From a bacterium (GTDB taxonomy: Bacteria > Patescibacteriota > Minisyncoccia > Phycocordibacterales > UBA5272), in the NCBI GenBank assembly GCA_027482685.1, contig JAIXVU010000003.1, positions 1 through 36,064 of the forward strand: DNA of 36,064 nucleotides, in the 5' to 3' direction. Positions 25,770 to 32,883 of the stretch are shown here, piece after piece. The translations under genes and the position numbers were made by a program. The notes under the pieces were generated by a model. It did no database searches and had not been told where the DNA came from. It saw nothing but the letters and a program-made list of their open reading frames with translations. How positions within the stretch are numbered: the first letter of the stretch is position 1; the number at the start of each line of letters is the position of its first letter.

Positions 25770-25925
25770 GCCCTGAGGGGCGGTTGGTAGTTTGTAGTCG
25801 ACAGCTGGTAGAAAATACAAGAAATGCTTCAAGATTATGCCTTATTCTGTAAAAAGTATCACGGTTTATGAGATTATTTCTTTTTCCACTGAGATTATTG
25901 TACGACATTGGGGTATACTTTGAAC

Positions 25926-26006
25926 TAGTTAGTAGTTATTGGTAATTAGTTATTAGTTGATGCACTTGCATTGATCTAATTACTAATTGCTAATTACTAA
26001 TTACTA
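25926..26006 (+). repeat. Heptamer-repeat imperfect hairpin filling the predicted xer 5' UTR
   Basis: Left arm tagttag-tagttat-tggtaat-tagttat-tag pairs with right arm ctaatta-ctaattg-ctaatta-ctaatta-cta (31 positions, 4 mismatches, 2 G:U). TATACT at 25914-25919 precedes it. Confidence 0.8.
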
Positions 26007-26011
26007 TTCTC

Positions 26012-26953
26012 ATGCACCCCCTCTCCGCACTCAAAGCAGACTTCCTGCAATATATAGAAATAGAAAAAGGACGCTCTGCTCTTACTGTGCGAAACTACGA
26101 TCACTATCTCACGCGGTTTTTGGATTTTGCAAAAGTGGAATCCCCGTCAGATATCACCGAAGCAATGATGCGCGAGTATCGTGTGTACCTTAACCGTCAT
26201 CCAGCACGAGCTGCAAAAAAAGGTCAGGCGGTGGAGACACTCGATAAAAAAACACAGAACTATCATCTTATCGCACTACGTGCGTTTTTCAAGTACATTC
26301 GTAAGCGTGGTGTTGCTGGGTATGATCCAGAGCGGATTGAGCTAGCAAAGACGCAACAGCGGGAGCTTGACCTCATTACAGAACGTGAATTATCTAATTT
26401 GATGGCTGCACCGGATACCTCAACTATTGCCGGCCTTCGAGATAAAGCGATTCTTGAACTTTTCTTTTCAACAGGACTTCGTGTATCAGAACTGTGTTCA
26501 CTTGATAGAGACCTCGATCTTACAACTGGCGAGGTATCAATACGAGGAAAAGGTGGCAAGATACGAGTAGTGTTCATTTCAGGGGCTGCGCTTGATGCAG
26601 TGAAGAAGTATCTTGCTTCGCGGGTAGATATTGATGAGGCGATGTTCATCGACCACTCCCCTCGTGCACATTCGCGTATGGTGAAGGAAGAATCAGTACG
26701 ACTGACCCCTCGAAGTGTAGAGAGGTGTGTGGAGAAATATGCAACAATAGCTGGTATTGCCAAGAAATGTTCACCTCATGTGATACGTCACTCATTTGCA
26801 ACAGACCTTCTTTATAACGGTGCAGACCTCCGTACAGTACAAATGATGCTTGGCCACGCGTCAATTGCCACCACTCAGATATACACGAACGTAACTAACA
26901 AATTCCTCCGCGATCAGTTTGAAAAATTCCACTCCAAGAGGGATAAGAAATAG
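26012..26953 (+). CDS. XerC/XerD-family tyrosine recombinase
   Basis: N-terminal SAM-like domain (KGRSALTVRNY). Catalytic set TGLRVSEL, RGKGGK, PHVIRHSFAT, LGHASIATTQIYT. Confidence 0.93.
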   Translation: MHPLSALKADFLQYIEIEKGRSALTVRNYDHYLTRFLDFAKVESPSDITEAMMREYRVYLNRHPARAAKKGQAVETLDKKTQNYHLIALRAFFKYIRKRGVAGYDPERIELAKTQQRELDLITERELSNLMAAPDTSTIAGLRDKAILELFFSTGLRVSELCSLDRDLDLTTGEVSIRGKGGKIRVVFISGAALDAVKKYLASRVDIDEAMFIDHSPRAHSRMVKEESVRLTPRSVERCVEKYATIAGIAKKCSPHVIRHSFATDLLYNGADLRTVQMMLGHASIATTQIYTNVTNKFLRDQFEKFHSKRDKK

Positions 26954-26954
26954 T

Positions 26955-26983
26955 TTGACAGTCATCTACAAAAGTTGTAGTGT
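26955..26983 (+). promoter_or_regulatory. Near-consensus sigma70 promoter for hfq
   Basis: TTGACA (26955-26960), 17-nt spacer, TAGTGT (26978-26983). Begins 1 nt after the xer stop codon. Confidence 0.75.
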
Positions 26984-27039
26984 TACGGACAGCTAGTTCC
27001 TCTAGTTTTTCTCAACCAATCAAGAAAGTGAGGCTCGTC

Positions 27040-27306
27040 ATGAGCAATAAAGGTCAACTTCTCCAGGATCCGTTCCTCAATCTCCTCCGCAAGGAGCATG
27101 TACCGGTGTCGATCTATCTCGTCAACGGCATCAAGTTGCAAGGCCACATTGAGAGCTTCGACCAGTATGTCGTGCTGCTGAGGAACACTGTGACGCAGAT
27201 GGTGTACAAGCACGCCATCTCGACTGTGGTGCCGGGGCGGGCGGTGAACTTTCACCTGAAGGACACCCCTTCCGATGATGGTGAAAGTCAGACCGCTTCC
27301 AGGTGA
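27040..27306 (+). CDS. hfq: RNA chaperone Hfq (88 aa), betaproteobacterial-type sequence
   Basis: [65 protein letters not shown] contains intact Sm1/Sm2 motifs. SD-like GAGG lies 6 nt before ATG 27040. Hand-counted GC is 145/267 (about 54%). Confidence 0.98.
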   Translation: MSNKGQLLQDPFLNLLRKEHVPVSIYLVNGIKLQGHIESFDQYVVLLRNTVTQMVYKHAISTVVPGRAVNFHLKDTPSDDGESQTASR

Positions 27307-27321
27307 AGCCCCAATCTCCGG

Positions 27322-27355
27322 AAACGCGGGCCGACAGGCCCACGTTTTTTCTTTT
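27322..27355 (+). terminator. Intrinsic terminator after hfq
   Basis: aaacgcgggcc-gaca-ggcccacgttt (one mismatch) followed by tttctttt. Confidence 0.85.
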
Positions 27356-27388
27356 CTATATTTTATTATTGTGCGATACACTAGGCTG

Positions 27389-28153
27389 ATGAAAATTATT
27401 TCTTGGAACGTAAACGGAATCCGCGCATCATACAAAAAAGGTGCACTACAAAAAATCTTTGAAGAAGACGCAGACATCATCGGTATTCAAGAAACAAAGT
27501 CTACACCAGAGCAATTAACTGACGAGATCAAAAATCCACAAGGGTATATTTCATATTTTGATAGCTCAAAAGAACGTAAAGGCTACTCTGGGGTTGCTGT
27601 GTATACAAAGGTACAACCTGAGAAAATTATTTATGGGTTAGGAAAAGAAGAGTACGATACAGAAGGAAGATGTCTCACGCTTATCTATAAAGACTTTGCA
27701 TTTGTCACAGCATATTTTCCAAATGGCGGACGTGATGAGGAGCACTTTCAGTTCAAGTTACGATACTATGAATTGTTTTTGAAACACGTGAAAAAGTTAG
27801 AAGAAAAATATGGCACAGTTGTATTCTGCGGTGACTTAAATGTTGCACATAATGAGATAGATATTGCACGACCTAAAGAAAATGCTAATCAGATAGGCTT
27901 TCTCCCTATCGAACGCGCGTGGGTGGATAAAGTTATTGCGTCAGGGTTCGTCGATACATTTCGCCACCTTCACAAAGAAACAGTTAAGTACAGCTGGTGG
28001 GACCAGAAGACTAGATCACGAGAGAGAAATGTCGGATGGAGGATAGATTATGTTTTTATAAATAAGAAGAATGAAAAGAAGGTAGTGCATGCGGATGTGT
28101 TAACTGATATAGAAGGAAGTGATCATGCACCAGTAATGCTTGAGATGAAGTAG
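27389..28153 (+). CDS. xth: Exodeoxyribonuclease III (AP endonuclease)
   Basis: Start reassigned to ATG 27389: MKIISWNVNGIR, IQETK, GYSGVA, EGR, YFPNG, GDLNVAH, YSWW, GWRIDY, SDHAPV. Confidence 0.96.
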   Translation: MKIISWNVNGIRASYKKGALQKIFEEDADIIGIQETKSTPEQLTDEIKNPQGYISYFDSSKERKGYSGVAVYTKVQPEKIIYGLGKEEYDTEGRCLTLIYKDFAFVTAYFPNGGRDEEHFQFKLRYYELFLKHVKKLEEKYGTVVFCGDLNVAHNEIDIARPKENANQIGFLPIERAWVDKVIASGFVDTFRHLHKETVKYSWWDQKTRSRERNVGWRIDYVFINKKNEKKVVHADVLTDIEGSDHAPVMLEMK

Positions 28154-28159
28154 ACTCAT

Positions 28160-28192
28160 AGAAAAAGGGCGCCCGAAGGGCGTCCTTTTTCT
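28160..28192. terminator. Bidirectional intrinsic terminator between convergent genes
   Basis: agaaaaagggcgccc-gaa-gggcgtcctttttct, with A/T tracts on both sides. Confidence 0.9.
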
Positions 28193-28205
28193 GATCACTA
28201 GAGAG

Positions 28206-28832
28206 CTAGTTATCCCCTCTACTAGAGTTATCATTTTCTTTTTCTCCTCTAAAAAATGATTTAATATCATTTACTTTTTTCTTATATTCATTTTGAAGAA
28301 TCCGAAGTGTGGTTTTTTGTTGGTCTTTTTCAGATTGTATAACTTCATGAGCAACACCACTCTTTTGTTGTATATCTTCAGACAATTTTTTGCTATTTCC
28401 AGATCCAGTATTTTGATTAAAACGTTTGTCTGTTCTACATTTTCGTATTTCTTCATCATACACAGATAGAACATCTTGTCGTGTAGACTTGAGTATCTCT
28501 TGTGCTTGTTTTACTTGAGCTCCATACACCGTAGCAGCACTTTTAAGAGCGTCATTCTGTGAATCTTCATCACCAACAGCTATCGCAGAAATTTCTGCTA
28601 GTGTTCGTGCTTCAAGAGCAACTGTCATAGAAGCATTGTAGAGATTTCGTGCAGTAACTAAAGCCGCATCACGCTTACGAATAGCATTTTGTGTGCATAG
28701 TGTAGAGGATTGTACAACTGTCTGTGTCGACGTTGCTGTTGATGTTGCGACAGTGGATGTTGACTGTGCGTTCGCGATAAACGGTACACATGTTAGTCCT
28801 ACGAGTATTGCAATGAGTTTTTTATGATTCAT
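28206..28832 (-). CDS. Secreted helical protein; short paralogue of 28856..29974
   Basis: Signal peptide ending ANA-QSTST, Thr-rich linker, Cys-bracketed helical domain (CTQNAIRKRDAALVTARN...EEIRKCR). Confidence 0.8.
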   Translation of the reverse strand: MNHKKLIAILVGLTCVPFIANAQSTSTVATSTATSTQTVVQSSTLCTQNAIRKRDAALVTARNLYNASMTVALEARTLAEISAIAVGDEDSQNDALKSAATVYGAQVKQAQEILKSTRQDVLSVYDEEIRKCRTDKRFNQNTGSGNSKKLSEDIQQKSGVAHEVIQSEKDQQKTTLRILQNEYKKKVNDIKSFFRGEKENDNSSRGDN

Positions 28833-28855
28833 AAAGATGATTAGAATATAGAGTG

Positions 28856-29974
28856 CTAGCGGTCATCCCTGTTAGAATTCCATTCTGATTTTATTGCACT
28901 TAGTTTGTATTTGTATTCGTTACGAAGATTTTCTACTGACTTCTTGTGGTTTTCACGACGCTCCTTTTCTTCTTCACGCTCACGTTCCTTATCTTCTTTA
29001 CGCTTTCTATCATCATCTTTCTTTTTTGTGGAAGTAGCGTTCAGTGCCTGCGCTTTTGCAATTTTACATGAAGTTATTTCAGTTGTATATATTGACCGTG
29101 TAGTATTTTGAGATGATTTAAGTATCGCTTGAGCATTTGTTACAGCTGTTTTGTATGCTTGACGCGCAGCTTTTAGGGCGCTTTCTCGTGACAGAGGATC
29201 TGTTAGTAGTACAGCAGCTGATTCTTGGGTTGCTCTTGTAGAAAGTGCTTGCGTTAGTGCAGTTGTATATACATTACGTGCTGTAATAAGAGCGGTATCG
29301 CGTTTAAGAGTTGCTGAATTGCTACACACTGTATATGCAAGCTTAATTATTTGAGTTGAGGTAGCGGTTACAGGAGTTGTTGTTGCAACTGGTGTTGTTG
29401 TGGCTGTAATATATGTTGCGCTACAACTCACAGACGTTCCGCCATTTAAGCCTCCACAATTCCATATAAGTGTACTTGTCCCGCTGATAGTAGAGCTAAC
29501 ACCAACACTACAAAGACCAGTTGTTGGGATGCTTGATACTATTGTTCCGCTTGCTGTCCCACATGTGCCATTAATAGGTGTTGGGATATTTACACAAATG
29601 CTTCCATTCCATGCGGTTCCTATTGCACATGATGATGTGCCGTTAATCGTTGCTAAGACAATAGTTGTTGATGTTGATGCATCACGAATCTGATAACATC
29701 CTGCGTTGTACGGAATGGTTACAGTACTTGTTCCCGTCCCTGTGTTTGAGGTTGCATAAAATCCACCGCTACAATCTGTTAGTTTAACTACACTAGTGTT
29801 TGCTGATGTCCATGATAAAGAACTGGTACAACTATTAGAACCAAATGCAATTGTACATGATGGTGTTGTTGTAAATGAGGCTGTTGATGTTGCTGTTGAT
29901 GTTGATTGTGCATTAGCAAACATCGGCATCAGAAATAAAACAGAGAACAGTGATACTAGTAATGATTTTTTCAT
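28856..29974 (-). CDS. Secreted Thr/Ser-rich, Cys-rich surface protein with a helical C-terminal domain and charged tail
   Basis: Signal peptide ANA-QSTST. Cys module NGTCGTASG...LCSVG...WNCGGLNGG...CSA. Helical domain CSNSATLKRDTALITARN...TEITSCK. K/E/R-rich tail. Confidence 0.82.
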   Translation of the reverse strand: MKKSLLVSLFSVLFLMPMFANAQSTSTATSTASFTTTPSCTIAFGSNSCTSSLSWTSANTSVVKLTDCSGGFYATSNTGTGTSTVTIPYNAGCYQIRDASTSTTIVLATINGTSSCAIGTAWNGSICVNIPTPINGTCGTASGTIVSSIPTTGLCSVGVSSTISGTSTLIWNCGGLNGGTSVSCSATYITATTTPVATTTPVTATSTQIIKLAYTVCSNSATLKRDTALITARNVYTTALTQALSTRATQESAAVLLTDPLSRESALKAARQAYKTAVTNAQAILKSSQNTTRSIYTTEITSCKIAKAQALNATSTKKKDDDRKRKEDKEREREEEKERRENHKKSVENLRNEYKYKLSAIKSEWNSNRDDR

Positions 29975-29988
29975 ATAAGAGTTTTAGT

Positions 29989-30333
29989 TTATAGATTGTA
30001 ATCCTTTGCAAGTAATAGAGCGTCCTCCGTATCTATACCTGCCTCGAATTGGTCCACTTGTGCATCAATTGCAGAGAATGGGTTATTTTGTGAGTGCTTA
30101 CTAACCAGACTCACTTGAGGAGAGAGAACAAGAATGAGAGAACACGCTACAGCAATATTAGCAACAGCAATCCATATATAGGGAGAGCGCACCGCCGGCT
30201 TCAGTACTTGTGATTTTTCTTTCTCTGGTATTTGATTAAGAATGTTTATAAAAGTATCTTTCGCAGGCGTTGCGGTCACCTTATACATAGCAAGAGCCTC
30301 CTCTATTTCGTTGTTGGTTGGTAGTTTAGGCAT
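29989..30333 (-). CDS. Probable anti-sigma factor (single TM)
   Basis: 114 aa: short cytoplasmic N-terminus plus one TM helix. Overlaps the ECF sigma stop by 8 nt. Confidence 0.65.
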   Translation of the reverse strand: MPKLPTNNEIEEALAMYKVTATPAKDTFINILNQIPEKEKSQVLKPAVRSPYIWIAVANIAVACSLILVLSPQVSLVSKHSQNNPFSAIDAQVDQFEAGIDTEDALLLAKDYNL

Positions 30334-30913
30334 GTAGGTGACTTGTTAGGATACGCAGTTTCTTGAGCGCGCGCTCTTTTATTTTTCGTATATACACTTC
30401 TTCTTTTTGTATAATGTCAGATATTTCTTTATAACTAAACTCAGAATAAAAGTATAAACGTATAACATCTTGTTCATCGGTTGTAAGCGATGGAAGGTAT
30501 TCATTTATTTTTTCTGCGAGGAGTTTGATATCTGCAACTTCTAGCGTATCTTGTGAGATATCCTCTTTATTATCAAGAAGAGTTTCGTCAAATGATACAC
30601 GCTTATCTTTATCATATTGGTTGATAAGTAGCCTTTTTGCAATCGTGAAGAGATATGCAAGAGGCGACGTATTAGGCTCGTATGAGGGAAGCGCTTTGTA
30701 GAAGTTAAGAAACGTCTGCTGACAGATGTCGTTTGTCGTTTCAACATTATGACACCTAGAAAACGTATAACGGTATAGTGGGGTATACAGTTTTGCGTAG
30801 ACTTCTTCAAAAGCCTTAACGTCTCCTTTTTTCGCAAGGAGGATTATCTTTTGAAGCTCGTATATATCCCCCACACTACGTATAACAGGGCTATTGTGAT
30901 TTTGTGACAGCAT
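30326..30913 (-). CDS. ECF-family RNA polymerase sigma factor
   Basis: AKKGDVKAFEEVY, region 2 DICQQTFLNFYK...AYLFTIAKR, region 4 LTTDEQDVIRLYFYSEFSYKEISDII...RALKKLR. The start is uncertain (23-nt overlap with pgk). Confidence 0.92.
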   Translation of the reverse strand: MLSQNHNSPVIRSVGDIYELQKIILLAKKGDVKAFEEVYAKLYTPLYRYTFSRCHNVETTNDICQQTFLNFYKALPSYEPNTSPLAYLFTIAKRLLINQYDKDKRVSFDETLLDNKEDISQDTLEVADIKLLAEKINEYLPSLTTDEQDVIRLYFYSEFSYKEISDIIQKEEVYIRKIKERALKKLRILTSHLHA

Positions 30914-32024
30914 CTAGTCCGACTAGTGTACCAGACCCGAGGAAATCAAGCATTGCCCCACCACCAAGTGATACAAAGGTGAATTTTTCAAGAAGTTTAA
31001 GGGTGTGCGCAACAGATACCGTGTCCCCTCCGCCTATATAAGATGGTATTCCTGCTTCAGCAACGGCATGAAGTACCCCTTCACTTCCTGTAATGAATCC
31101 CTTTTCATACAACCCAAGCGGTCCGTTTGCAATAACGGTCTTTGACTCGCTTAGAGTTTTGCGGACAAGCGCTACAGTCTCTTTACCACAATCCATGACC
31201 ATCTTGTCAGCGGGAATACTTGAGTACGGCACAGTCTCTCCACTATCTAGCACTACATCAATCGGGGTAAGTAATAATGGATGATTATAAAATGTTTCTG
31301 GTAGTTCATAGGATGGATCATAAAGACTATGACCTATTTCTATTCCGCGAGATTTCCAGATATTGTGTACCATTGCTCCACCAACAAACACACGCACACC
31401 TTCTTCTAGGTATCGTTCTATGAGTGCGAGTTTGGTTGATATTTTCGCACCACCGACGATTAGTAATGCGGGTTTTTCTGGAGTAAGAGCATGTGTTAAG
31501 TTCTCAAGTTCACGAGCAAATGTTGGCCCGATATATGAAAGCATCAACTCTGCAACCCCAACCACACTTGCGTGTTTACGATGTGAGACAGAGAAGGCAT
31601 TGTTTATGAAAATATCTCCAAGGTTAGCGTATAAACGCGCAAGAGCCGGAAGGTTGTCAGTCTCCCCTTCGAAGAGCCTTACATTTTCAAGGAGAATTGC
31701 TTCGCCGTCTACAACATTTTTACTTTCGCGCTCAAGTTCAATCATATCAAGTGACGGTGTGAATTTTAGAAATGCTAGTTTTTTACTTGCATAGCGTGCA
31801 ACAGGAGAGAGTGACTCACCTTTTTCTCCAAAATGCGTCATGATAATAATCTTAGCGCCTGCAAAAGCAAGTTCTTGTAAAAAAGGCACGGTAACATCAA
31901 AGCGACTTGTATCAGTTGGCGTGCCATCTGTGATAGGAAGGTTCCAGTCAACACGAACAAGAACACGCTTCCCTCGTAGGTCTTCAGTCTTTGTCAGTAC
32001 ATGGTCGCGCCACAAAATATTCAT
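30891..32024 (-). CDS. pgk: Phosphoglycerate kinase
   Basis: GKRVLVRVDWNLP, LLENVR, AFSVSHRKHAS, GGAKISTKL, NGPLGLYE, GGGDT, SLGGGAML. Confidence 0.96.
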   Translation of the reverse strand: MNILWRDHVLTKTEDLRGKRVLVRVDWNLPITDGTPTDTSRFDVTVPFLQELAFAGAKIIIMTHFGEKGESLSPVARYASKKLAFLKFTPSLDMIELERESKNVVDGEAILLENVRLFEGETDNLPALARLYANLGDIFINNAFSVSHRKHASVVGVAELMLSYIGPTFARELENLTHALTPEKPALLIVGGAKISTKLALIERYLEEGVRVFVGGAMVHNIWKSRGIEIGHSLYDPSYELPETFYNHPLLLTPIDVVLDSGETVPYSSIPADKMVMDCGKETVALVRKTLSESKTVIANGPLGLYEKGFITGSEGVLHAVAEAGIPSYIGGGDTVSVAHTLKLLEKFTFVSLGGGAMLDFLGSGTLVGLDAVTKSQ

Positions 32025-32039
32025 ATAATTCTCTTAATT

Positions 32040-32807
32040 TTAATGTGTTGTAGTAATGATATCAAAAAACGCTACAATTTCTTGAGAGCTTCTTCCGATG
32101 AGTAGACCGTCCACCCCCCCTTCTTCAAGAAATGTGGTTGCGGTATCTTTAGTTACTGCGCCACCATAAAGAATGTGAACTTTTTTTGCATAATCAATTC
32201 CTATAAGTGATGCAATAGCACGGCGTAATGCGATAACAACCTCGAAGCACTCAGTTGGCGTAGCTGGGGTTTTGCTACCGATAGCCCAGACAGGCTCGTA
32301 TGCAATAATCAAATTAGAAAATAGATTTCTAGGTATATCGGTAAATGATATACGAATATCGTCTTCTAGTTCTTTAAGATACGAACCCTCTTTATCACGG
32401 GTTTTTTCACCCACACAAAAAATGGTAGTAAGGTTTTGTTGTAATGATAACGCAACTTTTATAGCACGTGCTTCTTGTGTTTCGCCGGTCTTACGAACTT
32501 CACTGTGACCAATTATTGCAAATGATGCTCCAGCAGATGATAGCTGTGAAGGAATTTCACCGCCTGTTGTTTGGCCAAGACTTTGACCTGAAACATTTTG
32601 AGCACCAATATACCCATGCTTAGCAAGAGGTGCTAGGTGTGCAATAAAAACACTCGGCACTGCAAGATAGTAGGATTTCTTAGGCAATTTCTTTTTCGAA
32701 GTTGCGCATTTCTTTTCTAGAGCTTTGATGAACTTAACAGCTTCTTCTTTTGTGGCTGGTGTTGTTTTCCAATTACCGACAATGAGTGGCGTTGTGCGTT
32801 TATTCAT
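32040..32807 (-). CDS. tpiA: Triosephosphate isomerase
   Basis: VGNWK, GAQN, IGHSE, CVGE, AYEPVWAIG, LYGG, DGLLIG. Confidence 0.96.
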   Translation of the reverse strand: MNKRTTPLIVGNWKTTPATKEEAVKFIKALEKKCATSKKKLPKKSYYLAVPSVFIAHLAPLAKHGYIGAQNVSGQSLGQTTGGEIPSQLSSAGASFAIIGHSEVRKTGETQEARAIKVALSLQQNLTTIFCVGEKTRDKEGSYLKELEDDIRISFTDIPRNLFSNLIIAYEPVWAIGSKTPATPTECFEVVIALRRAIASLIGIDYAKKVHILYGGAVTKDTATTFLEEGGVDGLLIGRSSQEIVAFFDIITTTH

Positions 32808-32883
32808 AGTACGTATAGTGTATCATGGGTTGTTTTACTCTATACACTTAGCATAGTAAGGTTAGTAGTGTACTATATATGGT

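Noticed and set aside
25711-25908. 66-aa N-terminal extension of S15
   Set aside because: It spans the predicted rpsO promoter, and the 87-aa product matches normal S15 length.
25770-26011. dif site near the xer gene
   Set aside because: No 28-bp element with two 11-bp inverted arms resembling dif could be found.
26980-27039. 20-aa N-terminal extension of Hfq in the ORF track
   Set aside because: It begins inside the predicted -10 box. The canonical MSNKGQ start and an SD-like site support ATG 27040.
26012-27355. Integron (integrase plus hfq gene cassette) or prophage/ICE integrase
   Set aside because: The recombinase looks like a chromosomal XerC/D with no obvious IntI-specific insertion. 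No attC-like site, att direct repeats or phage genes are visible, and hfq has its own promoter. The adjacency may be coincidental.
27275-27388. Upstream extension of xth (likewise 4210-4413 for the PrgI-like gene and 5048-5281 for the DPYRE gene)
   Set aside because: These extensions overlap neighbouring genes or terminators, and family-typical or better-positioned starts lie downstream.
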